The notes: generated by a model from the letters alone, not told the origin. DNA of 50,932 bases from Alphaproteobacteria bacterium (GCA_017394405.1 JAFPYW010000020.1:1-50932); one strand, 5' to 3'. Positions 16,665 to 25,519 are shown, counted from the stretch's first letter. Translations and numbers: made by a program.

Positions 16665-16841
16665 TTACGAAAACCACTCAGGCAATTCCGGTGCTTTTTT
16701 CAATTCCAAACAGGCACAAGGAGATTTTTTCAACTCCGAATATTCAGGACCAATGCCCACCGGCATTTTTTCATAAACCGAGTTACATGCGGCCAAAATC
16801 AAGCCACAAAGCCCTAAAAACAAACAAATATACGTTTTCAT
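16665..16841 (-). CDS. virB7: small lipoprotein in the VirB7 position (RvhB7-like)
   Basis: MKTYICLFLGLCGLILAAC has a lipobox, and the mature peptide is ~40 aa. It sits between two virB8 copies, as in rvh islands. Assignment is by size, lipobox and position only. I prefer the ATG at 16841 over the GTG at 16847. Confidence 0.55.
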   Translation of the reverse strand: MKTYICLFLGLCGLILAACNSVYEKMPVGIGPEYSELKKSPCACLELKKAPELPEWFS

Positions 16842-16911
16842 AGTCACCCTTTCTGTTATCTCATTTTCCCTTACTTTATCACATTAAATCAAAATATCAA
16901 CAAAAAAATGA

Positions 16912-17523
16912 TTATTTTGTCACATTTGATTCATCCACACTGGTTATAATAAAGCCATAAGGATTGGAAAGAACGCTACCCATCAAACGTCTGGCAGGCA
17001 TATAACCAAAGTGCAGCACAACGCTTCGTGTCGATTTGCGCCATGTTCCACGTCCCGTGGCTTCATATAAGTCAAAAATAACGGCATAATAATTTTCTTT
17101 ACGTGTTGCACTAATAATATCAACAACCTTTTGTTGGGAATTTTCATCCGCCGAAGTGTAAATATCTTCCGAAGGAGCAAATTCATCATATACTTTTGGG
17201 GCAGACAAAAAGGCCACAATGCCATTTGGCCCCCAACGACGGGTCATTTCTACAGAATCCGAAATAAAAGAATAACGCATTGTCACATACAAACGAACCA
17301 GTGCATCATCTACTGTTTGACGTTGTAACGCGCTCACTGGAATAACCGTAATTAAATCGCGAAACTCACCAGAATCTAAACGAAAAACTTGTGCAAGCAC
17401 ATTGACCTGTAAAACCGCCTGAAACAAAGTAACAACAATAAAAAATGTCACAATCCAAACGGCCCAACATACCACCATCAGTAATCGTGTCAAATGCCAT
17501 GCTGTCGTTTTGTGTTCAGTCAT
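16912..17523 (-). CDS. virB8: VirB8 family T4SS protein (copy a, 203 aa)
   Basis: TM (LLMVVCWAVWIVTFFIVVTLF), then VRLYVTMRYSFISDSVEMTRRWGPNGIVAFLSAPKVYDEF, which parallels copy b (R-W-G-P-x-G-I-V..Y-D-E-F). Confidence 0.8.
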   Translation of the reverse strand: MTEHKTTAWHLTRLLMVVCWAVWIVTFFIVVTLFQAVLQVNVLAQVFRLDSGEFRDLITVIPVSALQRQTVDDALVRLYVTMRYSFISDSVEMTRRWGPNGIVAFLSAPKVYDEFAPSEDIYTSADENSQQKVVDIISATRKENYYAVIFDLYEATGRGTWRKSTRSVVLHFGYMPARRLMGSVLSNPYGFIITSVDESNVTK

Positions 17524-17539
17524 GCCGTTCCTTTTTTAT

Positions 17540-18691
17540 TTAGCAAGAACCGAGATCAATCTCCCGATTCACGACATTAGCATCAAAATCGCTGTATGCT
17601 TGATCAATCATTTTGTTCAACATCGCTTTGTTGGCGCGTTTTTCCGCCATTCTTCTATCCACTTCAGACGCATTTGTTTCTGTCATATAAACCTCACCAT
17701 CCGCGTCTTTTTCCAAAGCCGTTACAATAATTTGTTGGCGTGCCTGTGGCGTCATTTGATCTGCTACAGCTATATCCGGAAATACATCGGGAAATTGTTC
17801 CTGAATTTCTCCAAATACCGCCTGTTTATTTTGAGAACGAGCCGCCCTGCGCTCAACCAAATCAGGATTAGCTGCATCTTGAGCATCTAATTGGCTGATA
17901 TAGGCCTTCGCCTCGTCCAAATATTGTTGTTTCAATGTCTTTAATTTTTTATGCACAGCCGTTACTTTCGTGCCGCGAATAAAATCTAACTCTGGCTCTT
18001 GAACATCAAATTCTGCCAATTTAGAAACGAACATTTGTTGCATTTTCATAAATTGTTCATCCGCCTGAGTTTGTCCGATTTGGGCGTGTGTCAATCCTTT
18101 TTCAGCCATATTCATTTCTTCTAACAAGTTGTAGTCGCTGTTACGAGCCAAGGCCTCTGGTGCCTCATCCGAGGAACGATCCACAACATCACCACCCCAC
18201 GTTCTGGCATTTTTGAAAACATCTTTCATCAAATCATTTTCAATATCACGCTTTTCGGCAAGTTTTGCGTTTTGCTCGGAAATGGAGAGCGGCACAATGC
18301 TGTCTGGATGTGCTTTTTTATCACTTTTCAGATCTGCGGTCCGCGTCTTATAGGCCTCACGTACCTTTTTTAACATTTCACCTGCATTCTTAAAACGTCC
18401 GGAAAAGCGTTTTTCGCCACATTGGTTCAATGCCTTCATATACTTTTCCATCTTTCCTGTTGTTTTACGCAATACACGAACGGTTTCCGCTGTCTTTTCC
18501 AATTCTGGCATTTGGTTCATTAAATTATGAACAGCCAACGCCTTTTCCAAGGCCTCGTTCCGCGTTGCCAACAATTGTCGGCGCGCTTTGACTTCAATTT
18601 TTATAACAGGCGGAGCCCCGTGGCGCACAGCACCCACAGGCGAACTCACCAAAACAAATCCACAAACACATGCTAATAAAATATGCTTCAT
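17540..18691 (-). CDS. exported coiled-coil protein, unknown family (383 aa; T4SS-linked block member 6)
   Basis: Signal peptide MKHILLACVCGFVLVSSPVGA. The rest is K/E/A/Q-rich helical sequence ending in ..DLGSC. There is a 16-nt gap to virB8a. Confidence 0.75.
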   Translation of the reverse strand: MKHILLACVCGFVLVSSPVGAVRHGAPPVIKIEVKARRQLLATRNEALEKALAVHNLMNQMPELEKTAETVRVLRKTTGKMEKYMKALNQCGEKRFSGRFKNAGEMLKKVREAYKTRTADLKSDKKAHPDSIVPLSISEQNAKLAEKRDIENDLMKDVFKNARTWGGDVVDRSSDEAPEALARNSDYNLLEEMNMAEKGLTHAQIGQTQADEQFMKMQQMFVSKLAEFDVQEPELDFIRGTKVTAVHKKLKTLKQQYLDEAKAYISQLDAQDAANPDLVERRAARSQNKQAVFGEIQEQFPDVFPDIAVADQMTPQARQQIIVTALEKDADGEVYMTETNASEVDRRMAEKRANKAMLNKMIDQAYSDFDANVVNREIDLGSC

Positions 18692-18694
18692 GTC

Positions 18695-19939
18695 CTAATC
18701 TCCCACTGTTGAATTTGTATCCAAAGGAACCTCTGATGTCAATGGCCCATCATCATCAGAATCTGTCACTGGGTTTTCCGAAATACGATCAAAGTTCAAT
18801 TCCAACGCCTCTGAACGTAATTTCAACCGAGCAGCAACAACATTCATCTTTAATTCCGTTAAAGCATCATATAATACCCGACGAGATGCCGCCGTATTCA
18901 ATGCTTGCGGTTTTGTACCATATTCTGCGTCAATTAATCCGTCAGCTTCGGACAATTCTTTTAAGGATTGTTTCAACTGCATAGCCGTTGCCAAAGCCCG
19001 AATAGAACGTTGCTGTGCCTTATAACGCATCGTGTAGTTTTCAACCGAGTTACTAGTCAAAGAACGTTGATCATTCACCAATGTTTCGGCACGATATTCC
19101 ATCAACTCACGCGGAGAAGCAGAAGAAGCATCTTTCAGACCTTCATATTCCTTGGAATCAAATTTCATCAATCCAAACTTTTGTGATTTAACGGCCACAT
19201 CCCCCATAATTTGGACGATCTTGTTTCTATTTGGCGGGCCAACCCATTGGTCTGTCACGTGGCCTTCTTCACCGGCAAAACTGGCCAAGATCTTGTTGGC
19301 TTCAGCCAAGAACATATCCGTTGCAATACGCACGGCAGACGTCATCATAGACATCAAGTTCGGAGCTGTCGGCAACAGCGGCGCATAAGTCATTTCGTAT
19401 GTTGCAACACATACTGCTGCATTAGGATCCGTTTCCACCAAGAAAGTATGTGTCGTTCCCGTCACGGGATCAGGTACCACCACATCCTCAAAACAAGCAG
19501 CAAATGATGCCTGATAACACTCTGGATAACACAACGCCGCCGCCAATGTACAAGAGGCCATACACGAAGCCGTCAGAGCCGAAAATCCCGCATAGTTCGG
19601 GCAATTAACCTCTTTCCCTTTAACTTGTACACTCGTTGTTCCCCATAAACCATCCCAAGCGCTTGCTAATGTTTCGCCTAAAACAGATGTATTGATGAAA
19701 AATCCCGCAACGGTGGCCACAGCACCAGCCGCCATATTGATTGCAGCCGCTTGATCATTTTTCTTTGATTTTTGAGTTCCGGATCCTTTACTACTGGCAT
19801 CAGCACTTGTTGATTTAGCCGCATTTGAGGCCGCTGTTGAAGCATTATCTACACCCCGCGAAACACTGATGTCGGCATTGGCATTAAACGACGCCAACAG
19901 AACAGATCCCGCACAAATCAAAACACTTAACGTTCTCAT
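18695..19939 (-). CDS. exported Cys-rich protein, unknown family (414 aa; block member 5)
   Basis: AAGGAGG RBS and signal peptide MRTLSVLICAGSVLLASFNANA. It has an S/A/K-rich spacer, a second hydrophobic stretch AAAINMAAGAVATVAGFFINTSVLG, and a Cys cluster NCPNYAGFSALTASCMASCTLAAALCYPECYQASFAAC. The C-terminus is helical with an acidic tail. Confidence 0.75.
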   Translation of the reverse strand: MRTLSVLICAGSVLLASFNANADISVSRGVDNASTAASNAAKSTSADASSKGSGTQKSKKNDQAAAINMAAGAVATVAGFFINTSVLGETLASAWDGLWGTTSVQVKGKEVNCPNYAGFSALTASCMASCTLAAALCYPECYQASFAACFEDVVVPDPVTGTTHTFLVETDPNAAVCVATYEMTYAPLLPTAPNLMSMMTSAVRIATDMFLAEANKILASFAGEEGHVTDQWVGPPNRNKIVQIMGDVAVKSQKFGLMKFDSKEYEGLKDASSASPRELMEYRAETLVNDQRSLTSNSVENYTMRYKAQQRSIRALATAMQLKQSLKELSEADGLIDAEYGTKPQALNTAASRRVLYDALTELKMNVVAARLKLRSEALELNFDRISENPVTDSDDDGPLTSEVPLDTNSTVGD

Positions 19940-19948
19940 AATGCCTCC

Positions 19949-20791
19949 TTATTTCTTTTCATTGTTGTTGGCGGCGGCATAATTGCTGCTACCTCCAGTC
20001 CAACTTGTTGCATCCGGTTTGCTTTCGTGTTGCAAATCCGATGGTGGCGTTTCATCCATTAAAATTACCGGCTGGTATGTCAAAAACTTGGCCGCATCCA
20101 ATTCCATCAATTCAATTTGCAAGGCAATATCCACGATCAACGCTTTATTGACGGCTTTCCATGTTTGGTCAATACCAGAAATCACACCGATTGTTCCGTT
20201 AGCATTGATGTCCGCCGTAACAGCATCCATATCGGTTGCCAAATTCATTTGTGTTTCATAGGCCAACCGCACATAAGCATCAGAAATCGTTTTCAAATAA
20301 TCCTCACGATTTTTCTTGACCTTATCAACTTCATCTTGTGTCAATGTGCTTTTATTGGGTAAAAAGAACAAATCTAAAATTGCTTGTTTTGTATCGCCTT
20401 TACCACCATCAATTTTATTGTTCAATGGCGCATAGGGTGTATATTTTCCCGATAAAATCTGATCTTTCTCAATTAAATGATCATAGGCCGTAATATCCAA
20501 ACCGCTGGCTGGATCACCAGTACCTTCATTGACTTGGTAAGAAGTATCACCCTCTGCCAACGCACCAACTTCTTGTTGTTTCACATTGACTTCAGCAATT
20601 TGCACAGGCTCTTCACCCAAAGAAAGCAACGACAACACGGCACCGGTTGCATTTCGAATAGGGTCGGTGGTTGTTGGAACGACCGGCTTCAAATCCTGTA
20701 TTGGTGGAGCAGGACAAATTGCTTTAGCAACGCCGGCACACATCAATGTGGATAAGACCACAACACCTAAAATCTTACTTTTTGTCATCAT
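19949..20791 (-). CDS. exported protein, unknown family (~280 aa; block member 4)
   Basis: The GGAGG-spaced ATG at 20791 gives the signal peptide MMTKSKILGVVVLSTLMCAGVAKA. The C-terminal module is DKVKKNREDYLKTISDAYVRLAYETQ...ALIVDIALQIELMELDAAKFL. Confidence 0.75.
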   Translation of the reverse strand: MMTKSKILGVVVLSTLMCAGVAKAICPAPPIQDLKPVVPTTTDPIRNATGAVLSLLSLGEEPVQIAEVNVKQQEVGALAEGDTSYQVNEGTGDPASGLDITAYDHLIEKDQILSGKYTPYAPLNNKIDGGKGDTKQAILDLFFLPNKSTLTQDEVDKVKKNREDYLKTISDAYVRLAYETQMNLATDMDAVTADINANGTIGVISGIDQTWKAVNKALIVDIALQIELMELDAAKFLTYQPVILMDETPPSDLQHESKPDATSWTGGSSNYAAANNNEKK

Positions 20792-21614
20792 CAGACCCTC
20801 CAGTAATTTCTTCACTCAATTCAACTTCCTCTGTTCCTTCTGTTGCCAAATTGCGATAGGATTGAGCCGTTAAATCTTTTGATTGCAACAAAATAATTGT
20901 CGGCACCCGTTGTGAAGCATATACAGATAAATCACCCATACCTGCAATAAACTCACGCAATGTCGTCATACCATTTAACGAAGACACCAATTCATTTAAT
21001 TCTTTGTATTCCGTATCCATTTGTCCAAAGAAAGCATCTGCTTCGGCGATGGCACTACTTGTTGCTGTTGCTAACTCTTCATTTTGACGTGCTTTAGCAC
21101 ATTCAATCGGATCACATTGATCGGCTGTTCCATCAGCACATTTACAATCTTTGTTGGCTTCGGCACCATCTTGAGCAAAAGCAATTTTAGCAATCTCAGT
21201 TTGAACACTTTCCAAAGAAACCTTTTCTTTATCTTCAATCAATTTGATGGCGCTGTCAGGCACATCCATAGCGGCTTTTTCGGCCTCTTCTGCCATGGCC
21301 GCCCCTTCTTCTTCGGTGGTCAAATCGCATCCCGTATTTCCGGTGGCTGAACGACCACAATGGCCACGATCTTGTTGCATACCGATATTCTTTTCCAATT
21401 GATCAGAACCGGCACTGGCATCAATTTCCAATTTTTTCAATTTTTCACCGGCCGCAGACACTGCATATTCCAACAAGGCCCCGATATAATCGGTCAGCAA
21501 ACCAATGTTAAAAAAACCGTGTTTAATCGGCCACGCGCTCGAAAGAGCATGACTCGGCAACGCGGTTCCCAACATGACTAGAAAAACAAAAACAAGTTTC
21601 AACTGGCGCATCAT
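20775..21614 (-). CDS. exported protein, unknown family (279 aa; block member 3)
   Basis: AGGAGGAC RBS and signal peptide MMRQLKLVFVFLVMLGTALPSHA. Cys pairs (GHCGRSATGNTGC, KDCKCADGTADQCDPIEC) and an acidic tail ..EEITGGSDDDKK. Confidence 0.75.
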   Translation of the reverse strand: MMRQLKLVFVFLVMLGTALPSHALSSAWPIKHGFFNIGLLTDYIGALLEYAVSAAGEKLKKLEIDASAGSDQLEKNIGMQQDRGHCGRSATGNTGCDLTTEEEGAAMAEEAEKAAMDVPDSAIKLIEDKEKVSLESVQTEIAKIAFAQDGAEANKDCKCADGTADQCDPIECAKARQNEELATATSSAIAEADAFFGQMDTEYKELNELVSSLNGMTTLREFIAGMGDLSVYASQRVPTIILLQSKDLTAQSYRNLATEGTEEVELSEEITGGSDDDKK

Positions 21615-21620
21615 GTCCTC

Positions 21621-22547
21621 CTATTTCACTTCCATCAAGGCCGCAGCCGCATCATTGGCCACCTGTTGCCCCTGTACCATATTTGCTGTATTCAAACGTT
21701 GAGCCAACCCCAAATCTAAGCCCGTCAGCACTTTAATGTTAGCGCTTTCGCTTTTTCCTGTACCGACATAACTTTTCATTGTATTGGCAAAATTCTTTTG
21801 ATCTGCCGCAACCGTTCTCATTAAATAAGAACGCGCAATTCCGGCTGTTGCTGTTTTTTGCAAATGCACGACCTTACGATTTTTTTGAACCTTTAACAAT
21901 TCCGCTTCACTCAAATCGGACGGATTGACGCCACTGGCCCCAGCCGTTGAGGTCGGAATTTCAATTTCTTTGCCATCTGCCCCTTTAATTTTGGTTGTTC
22001 CACCATCTGATGTGGTTCCAAAGCCATCCTGAATTGTGGGCATAGCACCAACAATTTCGTCCGCCTTCTTCAAAACCGTGCCAGAAGGATCAGCCAACGC
22101 CGGCAAACCACTATTGTTTAATGAGGCCACATGAACTTCTGTTTCATCCAAGAACATACCTTCGGTACCCTCTTCAGCCAATTCTTCCAATCCACCGATT
22201 TTACGCACAGCGGCTTGATAATGGTCTTTTAATCCTGTCCATTCCACTTCACGTTCGCCCGCTTTTGCCAAATTCAACGCATCAACAACAATGGATGCGG
22301 CATCCGTGTTCCAAGAACCGATACCTGGCATTTTAACATTTGTCATCCACCAACAAAACAACGCTGGACAACCATGCAAGTTTGTGAACATCGTTATACC
22401 AGCTGATACGATGCTGACACCAGCCATCGCAATTGTATAGGCCTTCTGCGCACTGGCCATATTGGCCTTTGCCGGTTGAGGAGCAAACAAACATGTCGTT
22501 CCCAATAATGCAGCTCCACACAAAGCACTGATTACTTTATTACTCAT
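21621..22547 (-). CDS. exported protein, unknown family (308 aa; block member 2)
   Basis: ATGA start/stop overlap with the upstream gene. Signal peptide ..LCGAALLGTTCLFAPQPAKA, second hydrophobic stretch AYTIAMAGVSIVSAGITMF, then HGCPALFCWW. The C-terminal module is LKVQKNRKVVHLQKTATAGIARSYL...LDLGLAQRLNTANMVQGQQVANDAAAALMEV. Confidence 0.75.
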   Translation of the reverse strand: MSNKVISALCGAALLGTTCLFAPQPAKANMASAQKAYTIAMAGVSIVSAGITMFTNLHGCPALFCWWMTNVKMPGIGSWNTDAASIVVDALNLAKAGEREVEWTGLKDHYQAAVRKIGGLEELAEEGTEGMFLDETEVHVASLNNSGLPALADPSGTVLKKADEIVGAMPTIQDGFGTTSDGGTTKIKGADGKEIEIPTSTAGASGVNPSDLSEAELLKVQKNRKVVHLQKTATAGIARSYLMRTVAADQKNFANTMKSYVGTGKSESANIKVLTGLDLGLAQRLNTANMVQGQQVANDAAAALMEVK

Positions 22548-25384
22548 TTGTTATCTCCTTCCCCATTATTGTCACCATCCGTTGATCCAGCGCTTGGTGG
22601 AGTCACATCTTGAGCATTTAACAATGACGCACCCTGCACACCCATCTGAACTGCGGACAACGCGGCACCACGCAAAGTTTCTAATAACACATAACGTCCA
22701 ACGTCTTGCACCAAACCGAACGAGCCCGTTTCAGTCGGCGGATTTTGGGCATTAGCAAAATCAACCAAGGCCTTTGCCCGATCCATAAATGCATTGGAAA
22801 TCGCGTTCATTCCTTCGGAAATCAACACGCCAGCATTAGCATATTGAGCCAACAATTTTTGACGACGAGATTGAATTTCTTGGATGTACCCAGCTTGCTC
22901 TGGTGTCAATTCATCGCCACCATCATCATCGGTATCAGAATCCTCAGTATTTTCATCATCATTTGTATTGTTATAACCCAAGCCGCTGGTCGTCATACCG
23001 GCCTCAAACGTGGCATACAAAGGATCTTCTTTCTTTTTTTCCTCTGTTTCCGTTTTCTTCACGGTTGTGCTCAACAAATCCAAATCAATTTGAGCGGCTT
23101 GCAACAATTGTTGAGTCAAGGCAGCAGCGCCGGCAGCCGTTTTACCCAACTGAGCCATATCAATATCAGCCAATTCGGTGGCATCTTCTGCTGCCACAGC
23201 CTCACCGATATCACCGGCCTGGACAATAACTTCTTTGTTTTCATTAACCTTGTTATCGCTTTTTTCGTTGGCTAAAATTTCTAAAGCCGTCTGAACAACA
23301 TCCCACACCTTTAATGTTTGTGGAATCTGTGGCACGGAATCGCCTTGTTGCGTAGCCAAATCTTTATTAGCATCTTCCAACGCCCCATTGGCCGCACTCA
23401 TCGCAGCACCATCATTTTTGCACTGCTCTTCATTATTATTCAAGTAATTGGCCTGATTCAACAAATCGTTCATTTTTTCGGATTGATCAATCTTGCCCAT
23501 TAAATCGTCATTTCCTTTGGCACCCGCACGCATGGCATCGTAATCATAGGAGCCATCCGGTTTGAATACCTCGGCAACGCCAGCATCACGTAACGCCCCC
23601 TTCATTTGAGCATCCGCAACACCAGCACCAAATTTCAAATCACGAACTAACGATTCATTGGAGGTTGTGTCTGGATGGAACTCCGGTTGCACCTTGTTTG
23701 CCGCGTCAGCAATGGCACTACGAAATTCATCAGATGTTGTTTTACCAGATAACAAGGCACTACCCAACGCACTATCTTTACCAATGCCGGCCGCAGCCAA
23801 ATGTTGCGCTGTCCGATCCGCGACAGCACCTTGAAGCGCCGTAGCATCTGTCACACGTTGTGACGCATTTTTCAAAGCATCTGTTTGTTGTTTTAATAAT
23901 TTAGAATTAGCCTCTTTTAATTCCGCTTCGCGTTCCTTGATTTGCTCCTTCAATGCCGATTTTTCGGCACCGGATGCACCTTTTAATTGCTCGCGCAATC
24001 CCGTCAATTCTTCATTCAATGCATTGACATGATCTTTTGTCGCGCTGATTAAAGCCCCATCTGCCTTTGAAATCTGAGCACTCTTATCCAAATTGATAAC
24101 CGCATCAGCCACCTTGTTATCAGCATCAGAGTTTGATCCCAATTTTGTGATGTTGCCATTTTTATCTATATTGATACCAAAGACTTTTCCCAATTTGTCA
24201 TTATCTTCACCGGACAAAGTAAACACAGATCCGCCATCCTTTGTCGGAGTTCGATCCAAATTAAACAGCGCATCCAAACCCAGGGCTTTTCCCCGTTCGC
24301 TGGAAATAACACCAGTATTGGGATCCGTAGTAGAAATCTTATTCTTAAAACTATCAAGGTTTTGCTTCGCCCACGACCTCACATTATCCCAAAAACCCGG
24401 ACCCTTTTCCTTTGGCGCCTCGGTCTTTGGCGCCTCGGTCTTTGGCGCTTCGATCTTTCCATCATATACCTTCTTAACATCCTCCGGCATATTATAGTAA
24501 CCCAATTCATTATTGACCTGGTGAGCCGCCATTTCACGCTCTTCTGCACTTAAATTTGGATCAAGTGCCTTACGAATATTTTCCTGCAATGTCTCATTAC
24601 TTTTTGCATTATAGATTCTTTGAACGTCATCCGGTAAATTGTAGTATCCGATCTCGCTATTCAACCGAGCAGCCGCGGCCTCCCTTTCAGACATTGGCAA
24701 ACTTGTATTGCGTACAATATCTATATCTTTGGCATTTGGTGTTGCCGCTGGGGTTGTACCAGGTGCTGGTGATTCCGCACCCACAGCATTCCTTGCGGCA
24801 GTAAGTGCTCGCCCTGCATTTAATCTCCTAACAAGGGAGTCATTACCTGCATTACCATAAGTTCCAGTTATATTGCCGTCTTTATCCCTTACCGTTACCT
24901 GAGTAGGCACACCATCCTCATTAATGATAAAAGTATCTGTCCCCCCGGCAATGTTTGGATGTACCTCTGTACGCTCACCGGCAGATGTGACGGCCGATCC
25001 GGATCCTGCCCTCTGTGCATAAACTCCAGTATATGCGCCCATATTAACTTGGTTTGTCGCGGGATTGTAATCACCAGAAACCTGTCTACCATTTACTGTT
25101 GCTGTATATCTTCCATTTTTGGAATCAAATTTTATGTCCTTTGCTCCTGGATGTAAGGTTCGAACCGTTGATGCCGCCACATCAAGCGAATACATCGGCT
25201 GAGTGGTCGCGGTCTTACCAGCGCCTGTGGATGCTGACGATTTCGGCGAATTTTTGAGATATTGCGCATACGCAGGATTTCTCATAGCCCCTATGGCAAT
25301 TGCTTCTTCTCGGGTAATCGCCCACACATTAGACGTGCTCACCAAAATGGTTCCCAGCAACAAAACCTTCACAAAATTGCGCAT
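22544..25384 (-). CDS. large exported coiled-coil/repeat protein, unknown family (946 aa; block member 1)
   Basis: GGAGG RBS 5 nt upstream and signal peptide MRNFVKVLLLGTILVSTSNVWA. It has an internal ~32-aa duplication (LNSEIGYYNLPDDVQRIYNAK / VNNELGYYNMPEDVKKVYDGK), EAPKT x3, long K/E/A/Q-rich helical regions and an acidic D/E/T/N segment. The C-terminal module is IQEIQSRRQKLLAQYANAGVLISEGMNAISNAF... Confidence 0.8.
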   Translation of the reverse strand: MRNFVKVLLLGTILVSTSNVWAITREEAIAIGAMRNPAYAQYLKNSPKSSASTGAGKTATTQPMYSLDVAASTVRTLHPGAKDIKFDSKNGRYTATVNGRQVSGDYNPATNQVNMGAYTGVYAQRAGSGSAVTSAGERTEVHPNIAGGTDTFIINEDGVPTQVTVRDKDGNITGTYGNAGNDSLVRRLNAGRALTAARNAVGAESPAPGTTPAATPNAKDIDIVRNTSLPMSEREAAAARLNSEIGYYNLPDDVQRIYNAKSNETLQENIRKALDPNLSAEEREMAAHQVNNELGYYNMPEDVKKVYDGKIEAPKTEAPKTEAPKEKGPGFWDNVRSWAKQNLDSFKNKISTTDPNTGVISSERGKALGLDALFNLDRTPTKDGGSVFTLSGEDNDKLGKVFGINIDKNGNITKLGSNSDADNKVADAVINLDKSAQISKADGALISATKDHVNALNEELTGLREQLKGASGAEKSALKEQIKEREAELKEANSKLLKQQTDALKNASQRVTDATALQGAVADRTAQHLAAAGIGKDSALGSALLSGKTTSDEFRSAIADAANKVQPEFHPDTTSNESLVRDLKFGAGVADAQMKGALRDAGVAEVFKPDGSYDYDAMRAGAKGNDDLMGKIDQSEKMNDLLNQANYLNNNEEQCKNDGAAMSAANGALEDANKDLATQQGDSVPQIPQTLKVWDVVQTALEILANEKSDNKVNENKEVIVQAGDIGEAVAAEDATELADIDMAQLGKTAAGAAALTQQLLQAAQIDLDLLSTTVKKTETEEKKKEDPLYATFEAGMTTSGLGYNNTNDDENTEDSDTDDDGGDELTPEQAGYIQEIQSRRQKLLAQYANAGVLISEGMNAISNAFMDRAKALVDFANAQNPPTETGSFGLVQDVGRYVLLETLRGAALSAVQMGVQGASLLNAQDVTPPSAGSTDGDNNGEGDNK
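24411..24455 (-). repeat. 15-bp tandem repeat x3 (encodes EAPKT EAPKT EAPKE)
   Basis: The plus strand reads tttggcgcctcggtc / tttggcgcctcggtc / tttggcgcttcgatc. Two copies are identical and the third has 2 mismatches. It is in-frame inside the 946-aa gene. Confidence 0.9.
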
Positions 25385-25419
25385 ACAATCCTCCCTTTAG
25401 ATAAAAGTCCCTTTCCCAC

Positions 25420-25448
25420 ACTTTACATACTTTTTTTATGCTTTGCAA
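25420..25448 (-). promoter_or_regulatory. candidate sigma70-type promoter for the T4SS-linked block
   Basis: The minus strand reads TTGCAA - 17 nt (agcataaaaaaagtatg) - TAAAGT, about 36 nt upstream of the ATG at 25384, in an A/T-rich context. Sequence pattern only. Confidence 0.35.
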
Positions 25449-25488
25449 TACTTTTTTTATCTTTTTTGCATTTTTTATATCTAGCCCA

Positions 25489-25515
25489 TAAAAAAATCCC
25501 CGTCGTTAAACGGGG
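25489..25515 (-). terminator. rho-independent terminator downstream of tRNA-Arg
   Basis: The minus strand reads CCCCGTTTAACGACGGGG (stem of ~6-7 bp) followed by ATTTTTTTAT, directly 3' of the tRNA. Confidence 0.65.
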
Positions 25516-25519
25516 AAAA

